NCBI GenBank assembly: GCA_963663805.2
Contig: CAXXMR010000019.1
Coordinates: 1-64,000, forward strand
Direction of reading: 5' to 3'
Length of the DNA: 64,000 bases
Source of the DNA: Sedimentisphaerales bacterium
GTDB lineage: Bacteria > Planctomycetota > Phycisphaerae > Sedimentisphaerales > SM23-30
Positions 56,940 to 64,000 of the stretch are shown in pieces. Each line of letters begins with the position of its first letter. Within the stretch, counting starts at the first letter, position 1. The notes under the pieces are model-generated. The model saw only the letters and a list, made by a program, of their open reading frames with translations, was not told the DNA's origin and did not search any database. The translations under genes and the position numbers were made by a program.

Positions 56940-58529
56940 GTAACACTTTAGCCAAGTGAAGCAGAGAACTCCGCGAGTTTTGGCAATTTGCCGGTTTTGA
57001 TGTATGTTCGCAGGGCTTTTTTGATGGTAGCAACCGGGTTTAGGCCGCGTTGTTTCAGGGTAAAAAACACGCTCATCAGCACCGATTGCGTTCGGGCTCC
57101 ACGGTCGCTGCGGTTGTTATAGCTGTTCTTTCGCATGATCACCGCGCCGCGAATGCTGCGTTCGCCAAAATTATTATCGAACGGCACCTCGCGATTGCTC
57201 AGAAAAGTGAACAGCTCATCATGATGGCGTTTCAAACGCTTAATCAACCGCTGAGCTTCCTTGTTCGACCACTCATGCGCGATAATAAGATCCAAGCGTT
57301 TTTCGATTCGTTGGCAGCGCCGCTGGTAAACCGTCGCATCCAGTTCATCGATGCGTTTACGCAGGCGTATCGCGTCGCGAATTAATCGTTTGAGTTTTTT
57401 GGAGAACCTCGGCCAATCGCCGCTGTGGTCTTTGGCTTTCCAGACTCGCTCCAAATCACGCAGTAAGTGAACCAGGCACTTTTGTTTGGCGCATGACAAT
57501 ACATTGTAAGCATACCAGAAGTCACTTACGAACACGCCGTTGAAACATTCTTTGATAAATTCCAAAACCACCGGCCCGGCCCGCGACTGCTCGACCGTAA
57601 AAATCGTGGCTTGATGGCTGGTAAAGCACCATAACCAATGCGTTTTACCGTTTACCCGCCAGCCGGTCTCATCGCCGTGCAGGACACCGGCTTTTTGAAT
57701 GTCCTCGATTATTTCTTCGTACCAGGCCAGGAGTATATCCGCTAAACGATGCCACATCTGGACTAATCCGCCCGGCGACATCTTAAACCGGAGATGAAAA
57801 TTAAACACCTCCAGGATCTGCGCTATCGTATTGCCCAACGCAAAGTGGAGCCAGGCACACAAAACCACAATACCATTGCCAATAGATGATTTTGGCAGAG
57901 CATCGGTTACGATCGGCTCAACCGCCTTGCGACAGTTCGGACACCAGTCGCGATGAATAACATGCTTTACCGTCTCAACGCGAACATCTTCCGGGATGTC
58001 TTCGATGATTCGTTCACGTGTGCCGGAACATTTTTTCAGTTCGCCGCCGCAGTCCGGACAACATGAAGCGCGATGTTCTTCGGTACGGTCTATTTGGGTC
58101 GGCAGATTGCGGCGAGTACCTTGATGCCCTTTTTTACGGCCAAACTTTTTGCCGCGTTTTTTATCTGTTTTGTTCGGCTTGACAAAAACCGGCTTCTGAC
58201 CTGAGGGACACGAAGGATCAGCCGGACTGCCGGCAACTAACGTACCTTGTGTTTTTTCCGCTGCCAGTTTCGACAGTCTCAGCAAAACAAAAACCACCGC
58301 CTCTCTGCCTTGCTCGTAAATAAGCTCAGCCTGCTCCGCAGTCAATTCCTGCTCTAAGGCCAGGTCGGCGATAGCCTGTTCAGCATTCGGCTTCATCATG
58401 CTGAAACTATAAACCATTACACGCAATAGCGCAAATTACCCATCTTAACATTTTGAAGTTTTTTTGTCTTTTTTTTGCACAAGCCAACCCAAAAGCTATA
58501 GAATTTGCTTCACTTGGCTAAAATGTTAC
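56940..58529 (-). mobile_element. IS66-family element, single-ORF (ISBst12-like) type, 1590 bp
   Basis: 24-bp terminal IRs GTAACA(C/T)TTTAGCCAAGTGAAGCA with one mismatch; 8-bp TSD TCTTAATT at 56932-56939 and 58530-58537. Confidence 0.95.
56948..58426 (-). CDS. IS66-family DDE transposase (TnpC)
   Basis: CPDC/CPNC zinc finger, DETGW, VSDFWYAY, QKCLVHLLR, DNNFGERSIR. Confidence 0.95.
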   Translation of the reverse strand: MRVMVYSFSMMKPNAEQAIADLALEQELTAEQAELIYEQGREAVVFVLLRLSKLAAEKTQGTLVAGSPADPSCPSGQKPVFVKPNKTDKKRGKKFGRKKGHQGTRRNLPTQIDRTEEHRASCCPDCGGELKKCSGTRERIIEDIPEDVRVETVKHVIHRDWCPNCRKAVEPIVTDALPKSSIGNGIVVLCAWLHFALGNTIAQILEVFNFHLRFKMSPGGLVQMWHRLADILLAWYEEIIEDIQKAGVLHGDETGWRVNGKTHWLWCFTSHQATIFTVEQSRAGPVVLEFIKECFNGVFVSDFWYAYNVLSCAKQKCLVHLLRDLERVWKAKDHSGDWPRFSKKLKRLIRDAIRLRKRIDELDATVYQRRCQRIEKRLDLIIAHEWSNKEAQRLIKRLKRHHDELFTFLSNREVPFDNNFGERSIRGAVIMRKNSYNNRSDRGARTQSVLMSVFFTLKQRGLNPVATIKKALRTYIKTGKLPKLAEFSASLG

Positions 58530-59310
58530 TCTTAATTTAATGTGATCAAAAAGAGTTGTTGACGCCGTTCCGCCACTTCCCGCACCTTCTCCACTACTTG
58601 CTGCTAATTGTATAGTATTGGCCTGCTCGACTGATTGAGTTTCAGTACCGGCGCCTCCCTGGGCGGATCCCGATGCCTGCATCAAACCGGAAACTAAACC
58701 TGTAATACCACCAATAATGGCCCCCCTTCCCACATCACCACCAGTAATAGCAGCGTTGAGTGCTCCGGCAGCAGCGCCAGCCACGCCCGCACCTATCCAG
58801 CCCCCTACAGCGAAACCTACGAATCCAAAGGCTCCACCAATAGCACCAGTTATACCACCTATAGCCATTCCACGGAGAATATCTCGGAAATCTCCGCCAT
58901 TACATGCGGCCATTATTCCACCAACGGTAGAACCTATAGCAGCTGATATCGCTACCACTGCAAGGAAGCCTAGATGCCCACTGGGATCAACATATTTAAG
59001 CGGGTTGTTGTTACAGTAGGTATATCTGTTTAGGCCCTGTGAGGTCTGGGTGGGCAGGACGGTGTCGGCCTGCACGAATCGGGCTAGTTCGGCATCGTAG
59101 AAGCGGGCGTTGTAGTAGTAGAGGCCTGTTTCGGAGTCGAATATCTGGCCGGTGTAGCGGTTGGAGGGTGAATCATAGGCGGAGTAGCCCGCATTATCAG
59201 CGGCGTAGGTCTCGTCGCCGAAGGGTGAGTATTCATAATGCCGCACGACATTGCCGTCGCGGTCGGTCATGATGGAGGATGAGCCGAGGTGGGTGCGTAG
59301 CGGCAGGGGT

Positions 59311-59435
59311 GAGGCAAGAAGGGACGGTGAGGTTTCGGCCTTTGGTCGAGGGGTTTTATTTAACGGCAACGTCAACCGCTTACTGACGTGCGCGGCTCTG
59401 ATATATACTCGGTTCTGATATGTGCGCGGCTCTGA
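59311..59435 (+). repeat. Repeat cluster: a family C copy plus CGCGGCTC-type motifs
   Basis: GAGGTTTCGGCCTTTGGTCGAG...TATTTAACGGCA matches 26338-26377; CCGCTTAC...CGCGGCTC matches 25888-25910. Confidence 0.75.
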
Positions 59436-59451
59436 TGGGTGAATTGGTTTT

Positions 59452-60882
59452 TTAGCCGAGGTATACTATGTCGCCGGAGGTTAGCTTTCTGAGCTGGCGG
59501 TGTTTCTGGGCGAGTTCTCTATCGTCCAGGGCAAAGAGTGGTGAGATTTCTATGAGGCAGTCGATCGAGCCATCTTCTTTGTGAGGGACACTTATGCCGG
59601 CTTTTTCCATCCATCGGGCGGCACGTTGAATTTGCATGATTTGTGAGCTTTGGAGGCTGTCTACGCCAGAGGCATTTTTGATAGGGGCGAATTCGTCGTC
59701 TCGGTCAATGCCGAGAATGATTGAAGTGTCGGCCAGGGGCAGGGCGTCGAAAACGAAGGTTTCGAGTTTGACGGCGTTGGTTTTTTCGGGCTGAACGAGG
59801 TTTCCGGTTGAGTCGATATAGGGGACACGTTTAACAGCTCGATGCCAGGGCAGGGAGAATCCGTGTTCATTGATGCGTTCGATGAAGGTCCGGCTGATGA
59901 CGTGGATGGCGATGCTGCCGGCTTCGAAGAGTAGTTGGCCGTCGGGTCTGGTTTGCAAAGCAAGTTCATCGGGCAGGTCGCTGTATTCGATGACGGTTAC
60001 CTTGCCGTTGACGAGGCAGAAGTTACCGACTTTTTCGAGGGGCTGACATTTAATGACTGCCTTACTGGACATTTCGGCGTTATCGACCGCCTGAAGGCCG
60101 ATGAAGAGTGGGTCGATGACTTTAACAAGGGGGTTGTCGACCTGGAAGTAGCTGATGTGTTCTATGCCTCGGCGGTCCATATCGTCTACGGCCCCGCTGT
60201 TGTAGAGGGCTCGGAGTGAGCCGCCGTGTCCGTCGGGTGACATAGCAAGTGATGATTTTGAGCTGAGCAGGATTTTCCCGTTCTGGTCGAAGCAGGGCAT
60301 CATGCCCTGGGGGAAGTGCATGACATCTTTTTTGTTGAGACCGAAATAGTCGTTTTTTTCGAAACTGTCTATGGTGTCCTGATGGTTTGCGGGGCTGGTC
60401 ATGATATACCAGGGGATTACGCTATTGAAACGTCTTTGCCAGGCGAGGATTTGTTCGGCGAAGACTCGGAAGAGTGTTTTGTTGCGTACGGCGGTGGCGG
60501 GCACGTTTCCTTTTGGTCCGTCGAAGTTAAGGCGGGTTCCCTGTCCGCCGGCGACGGTGAAGGCGGCGACTTTGTGTTCGGCGATAAGATTTTCGCCGCG
60601 TTCGAGCGCCTTCTGGTATTTGGCTTCGAGTTCTGGGGTGGGGTGAATGGGGTAAACTTTTGGAGGCAGGATTTGGTCGGGGAGTTTGATTTGTGGTTCG
60701 CTGGTGACGTATTCGGGGATTAGACGGTTGATGAGCTTCCAATCGAGTGAGGCGACCTGGTCGAGCAACTCGATTTTTTGGGTCTGGTCGAGTTCGTCGG
60801 CGAACTGCATGAGATGTTCCTGGCCGTGTCGGGCGAGGAGTTTTTTGGCTGCTTCTACTTTGCTGCGGATGGTCTGGGCCAT
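59452..60882 (-). CDS. UDP-N-acetylglucosamine pyrophosphorylase (UAP1-like, UDPGP type 1)
   Basis: AGGQGTRL, GPKG, YIMTS, PDGHGG, QVDNPL, IEYS, KLETFVFD, FAPIKN. Confidence 0.92.
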   Translation of the reverse strand: MAQTIRSKVEAAKKLLARHGQEHLMQFADELDQTQKIELLDQVASLDWKLINRLIPEYVTSEPQIKLPDQILPPKVYPIHPTPELEAKYQKALERGENLIAEHKVAAFTVAGGQGTRLNFDGPKGNVPATAVRNKTLFRVFAEQILAWQRRFNSVIPWYIMTSPANHQDTIDSFEKNDYFGLNKKDVMHFPQGMMPCFDQNGKILLSSKSSLAMSPDGHGGSLRALYNSGAVDDMDRRGIEHISYFQVDNPLVKVIDPLFIGLQAVDNAEMSSKAVIKCQPLEKVGNFCLVNGKVTVIEYSDLPDELALQTRPDGQLLFEAGSIAIHVISRTFIERINEHGFSLPWHRAVKRVPYIDSTGNLVQPEKTNAVKLETFVFDALPLADTSIILGIDRDDEFAPIKNASGVDSLQSSQIMQIQRAARWMEKAGISVPHKEDGSIDCLIEISPLFALDDRELAQKHRQLRKLTSGDIVYLG

Positions 60883-61111
60883 GATGGTGTACCTTATTAA
60901 TGTGCGGGTGAACCGCTATGGGTAATTTTATCCCGCTAAAGAATTTCGATTATTAACATTTCCAATGGGGTTCGATTATTGCGGGAAAGGTTCGGTTTGT
61001 CCAGTGGGGGAAGACAATTTGTGAGGTTTTTTGGTCAGATAACAAGAGGAACAGGGGTAAATGCCGATATATTATGAGGTTGAGGTGTTTGAGGCGGGGG
61101 GTGAGATTTGA

Positions 61112-62152
61112 GTGAATTATAGGTTTAAGTATTTTAATGACAGGGTATTAGGCGAAATGAAAGAGGGAATGGGCAATTTTGGCTGGTTTTTTTGGGCGGC
61201 ACTACTGATACTGCTTATAGGACCTTCGGTTCTGCCGGGTCAGGGTGGTTATCGTCGGGCGATAGATGATCCGCTGGGTTTGCAGAAGGCGGCGGTTTAT
61301 GATGTTTATGGTGAGTTTGCGGTTCGGGGTACTAAACTTCACCGGCCTAGTCTGGTTAAGATGCTTAATACGGGGGTGCGTCGTCTGTCGGGTTTGGAGG
61401 ATGCGAAGGCTGCGTGGCGTGAATTTATTCACGATGATGATGTGGTGGCTTTGGTTTTTACGTGGGTGGGTGGTCATGATTTGGGTACTAACCGGGGACT
61501 GGCGGGGGCGTTGATAGAATGTCTGGTTGGGGTGGGGTTCAAGAAAGAGAATTTGATGCTGGTGGGTCTCGATGACTTGCCGGATGAGGCGGCGGGCACT
61601 CGGCCTTTCAAGTATGGGTGGCGACGTGAGAAGAGCAGCTTTGGAGCGGACAGTGATTATCTGGCGGGGTGGCTGGATGAGGTTACGGCGATAATTGATG
61701 TGCCGTCGATTATGGATGATAATGTTATTAATCTGCGTTGCTGTCTGGCGAATCTTTCTTTGCCGCTGCTGAAGAGTCCGGCGAAGCTATATGACTATAT
61801 GATGGAAAATCCGGGCGACCCTTTTATTCCGGAAGTTTATGAGATGGCGGAGATTCGGGGTAAGGTTCGGCTGCATATCGCTAACGGTTTGCGGCTGTTG
61901 TATTACGGCGGGCCGGATGTTCGGCAGGTTTATGTGAACGAACGCAGTACGCTGCTGTTTAGTCTGGATCCGGTGGCGCTGGATAGGGTGGCGTTGGAGA
62001 TAATCCGGCGGTCGCGGCTGACGATGCCGCTGCCGACGACAGCGGAGGTTGATTTGGAAGCTTCATATCTGCGGACGGCGATGGCGATGGGGCTGGGGTA
62101 TGATGACCTCAATTTTATTGATTATGTTCATTTGCGGCATGATAAAGATTAA
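61112..62152 (+). CDS. DUF362-like protein with an N-terminal signal/TM segment
   Basis: AWREFIHDDDVVAL, DPVALD, YLRTAMAMGLG. True start probably at a downstream ATG. Confidence 0.7.
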   Translation: MNYRFKYFNDRVLGEMKEGMGNFGWFFWAALLILLIGPSVLPGQGGYRRAIDDPLGLQKAAVYDVYGEFAVRGTKLHRPSLVKMLNTGVRRLSGLEDAKAAWREFIHDDDVVALVFTWVGGHDLGTNRGLAGALIECLVGVGFKKENLMLVGLDDLPDEAAGTRPFKYGWRREKSSFGADSDYLAGWLDEVTAIIDVPSIMDDNVINLRCCLANLSLPLLKSPAKLYDYMMENPGDPFIPEVYEMAEIRGKVRLHIANGLRLLYYGGPDVRQVYVNERSTLLFSLDPVALDRVALEIIRRSRLTMPLPTTAEVDLEASYLRTAMAMGLGYDDLNFIDYVHLRHDKD

Positions 62153-62220
62153 ATTCTAAATCCGGTTTAATAAATCAACGATGTCACAACTTTTTTTTGG
62201 GGGAAAAAAGTGATTTTGGC

Positions 62221-62249
62221 TTGCCAAAAGGCTATTATGCCGATATAGT
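62221..62249 (+). promoter_or_regulatory. sigma70 promoter of ilvB
   Basis: TTGCCA-N17-TATAGT. Confidence 0.7.
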
Positions 62250-62400
62250 CAAGTGTTCGGGAGTCGCGGCGAGAGCATAACGCCCGCTTTCCGGCTGGGA
62301 TCGCTTTCAGGATGAAACGATCTGGGCCTTTACGGACCGCTCGACGGACGTTGCGACCGACCCGAAAAAACCGATGGCGAATGTAAGAAGGAGCCATAAC

Positions 62401-64000
62401 ATGGGTAAATCACCATCCAAAGAGTCCCCATCCTCTGGGGCAGAGTCTTCCCCCGCCCTCCTCAAAGGAGCGCAGATTTTCTGCGAAGTCTTGCTGCGAG
62501 AAGGAGTTGAGACAATGTTCGGCTATCCCGGCGGGGTAGTCTTACCAGTCTTCGACGCCCTCTATGACAGCCCGGTAAATTTCATTCTGGCCCGTCATGA
62601 GCAAGGTGCCACTCACATGGCTGACGCCTACGCCCGCGCGACTGGCAAAGTCGGCGTTGTGCTGGTAACCTCCGGTCCCGGCGCTACTAACACTGTGACC
62701 GGTCTGGCGACGGCGTTTATGGACTCTATACCAATGGTGGTATTCACCGGCCAGGTCAAAACTCCCCTGATAGGTAATGATGCTTTTCAGGAAGCGGACA
62801 TGACCGGTATTACCAGGCCTATTACCAAACATAATTACATCGTTAAGGATGTAAATGACCTTGCTCGCATCATGCACGAGGCATTTCATATCGCCCGTAC
62901 AGGCAGGCCCGGCCCGGTCCTTATCGACCTTCCGGCTGATGTTTCGGCTGCTGTGACCGAACTTAAGAACAGCCGTGAGATGAATCTGCCTGGCTATAGA
63001 ATTCGTGAAGGCGGTCATCTCCGTCAGATTAAACGGGCTGCCGACGCTATTAACGACTCTCAGAAACCGGTGATTTATGCCGGAGGCGGAGTTATAGCGG
63101 CGGGCGCCTCAAGTGAACTGAACGAGCTGGTACAGAAAGCCAATGTGCCCATCACCACGACTTTGCTGGGGTTGGGGTGCTTTGATGAAAGCGACCCTAA
63201 GTCCTTGCATATGTTGGGGATGCATGGTACAGCCTACGCCAATTTCGCGGTTCAGCAATGTGATTTGCTGATAGCTATCGGGGCACGGTTTGACGACCGC
63301 ATCACCGGTGATATTAAGCGTTTCGCCCCTCACGCCAAGGTCGTTCACGTCGATATTGACCCGACGAGCATTTCCAAAAGCGTGAAGGTCGATATTCCGG
63401 TGGTGGGTGATGCCCGACAGATACTGACCGAAATGGTCAAGCTGGTGGAGCATCGGGACCGTGAGGAATGGTTCGCCACAATCGAAGGCTGGAAAACGAC
63501 TTATCCGCTCACCTACGATAACGAAGGTGAAGGTATTCGTCCTCAGTACGTAATTGAGGAATTGTCCCGCCAAACCAAAGGCAAGGCGATTATCTGTACG
63601 GGCGTAGGTCAGCACCAGATGTGGGCGGCCCAGTTTTATGAATTTAAGCAACCCCGTCACTTTATCAGTTCGGGCGGGCTGGGGACGATGGGTTTTGGTT
63701 TTCCGGCCGCTATCGGGGCCCAGATAGCCTTTCCCGGCGCGACAGTCATTGATATTGACGGCGACAGCAGCTTCTCGATGACCCTTAATGAGCTGCCGAC
63801 CGCTGTCCAGAACGAGCTTCCGGTCAAGATTTGTCTGCTGAACAATGGCTATATGGGCATGGTTCGTCAGTGGCAGGAGCTTTTTTATAACAAGCGTTAC
63901 AGCAAGAGTTTCCTGCAGCATCCTGACTTTGCCAAAGTCGCTGAGTCTTTCGGTGCGGCAGGTATGACCGTTACCAAGAAATCTGAGGTTCCGGCTGCTG
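62401..64000 (+). CDS. ilvB: Acetolactate synthase large subunit, 3'-truncated by the window edge (absent from the ORF track)
   Basis: Translated by hand from ATG 62401 after [71 protein letters not shown]. Confidence 0.97.
   Translation, partial: MGKSPSKESPSSGAESSPALLKGAQIFCEVLLREGVETMFGYPGGVVLPVFDALYDSPVNFILARHEQGATHMADAYARATGKVGVVLVTSGPGATNTVTGLATAFMDSIPMVVFTGQVKTPLIGNDAFQEADMTGITRPITKHNYIVKDVNDLARIMHEAFHIARTGRPGPVLIDLPADVSAAVTELKNSREMNLPGYRIREGGHLRQIKRAADAINDSQKPVIYAGGGVIAAGASSELNELVQKANVPITTTLLGLGCFDESDPKSLHMLGMHGTAYANFAVQQCDLLIAIGARFDDRITGDIKRFAPHAKVVHVDIDPTSISKSVKVDIPVVGDARQILTEMVKLVEHRDREEWFATIEGWKTTYPLTYDNEGEGIRPQYVIEELSRQTKGKAIICTGVGQHQMWAAQFYEFKQPRHFISSGGLGTMGFGFPAAIGAQIAFPGATVIDIDGDSSFSMTLNELPTAVQNELPVKICLLNNGYMGMVRQWQELFYNKRYSKSFLQHPDFAKVAESFGAAGMTVTKKSEVPAA

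Larger units (their letters stand above)
56302..59294 (-). pseudogene. Orphan Rhs core + C-terminal toxin module interrupted by IS66
   Basis: HLGS, YSPFG, YTGQIFDSETGLYYYNARFYD, NRYTYCNNNPLKYVDPSG. Removing the IS restores the frame (...HIKLR|LDSKT...). Confidence 0.88.

Noticed and set aside
56932..57033. N-terminus of the 243-aa ORF 56302-57033 as a real gene start
   Set aside because: These codons lie in the IS66 end and TSD; the remainder is the severed Rhs C-terminus.
59295..59375. First 27 codons of the Rhs ORF
   Set aside because: They translate repeat family C (the same PKAETS string appears in a spurious ORF at 26.3 kb) and are not Rhs sequence.
62542..63921. Minus-strand ORFs of 158 and 270 aa
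   Set aside because: Antisense shadows of ilvB, which the ORF track missed because it has no stop in the window.

Overview
64-kb bacterial chromosomal segment; gene content and dispersed repeat types suggest a Planctomycetota (Phycisphaerae-like) genome, which is an inference. Core genes: gatCA, serA, etfBA plus acyl-CoA dehydrogenase, larB-nnrD, yhaM, ispF-cysS-ruvCAB, a UDP-GlcNAc pyrophosphorylase, a partial ilvB and tRNA-Ala(GGC). Accessory blocks: (i) a wza-wzc-wecA-radical SAM polysaccharide operon whose Wzc looks like a pseudokinase, near a sigma-54 activator with a degenerate LMW-phosphatase domain; (ii) a GT9/GT9/radical SAM/Maf-CgeB glycosylation cluster after the tRNA; (iii) a Gfo/TIM-barrel/permease/DUF1080 3-keto-glycoside operon; (iv) a six-gene ExbB-ExbD-ExbD motor operon whose TonB-like partner (SxxxH helix) ends in a vWA domain, with a TPR protein and a membrane protein with separated J-like and DnaJ zinc-finger domains; (v) a NotI-family restriction-modification pair; (vi) a 5-kb island holding an orphan Rhs toxin/immunity module split by a complete IS66 (24-bp IRs, 8-bp TSD), next to a complete IS1111-type IS110 element whose bridge/seek RNA guides, CT core and target site can be read from the sequence. 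ispF is frameshifted at an A9 run. Several families of short intergenic repeats and abrupt strand-composition switches are also present. All calls come from reading the sequence by eye; no searches were run.
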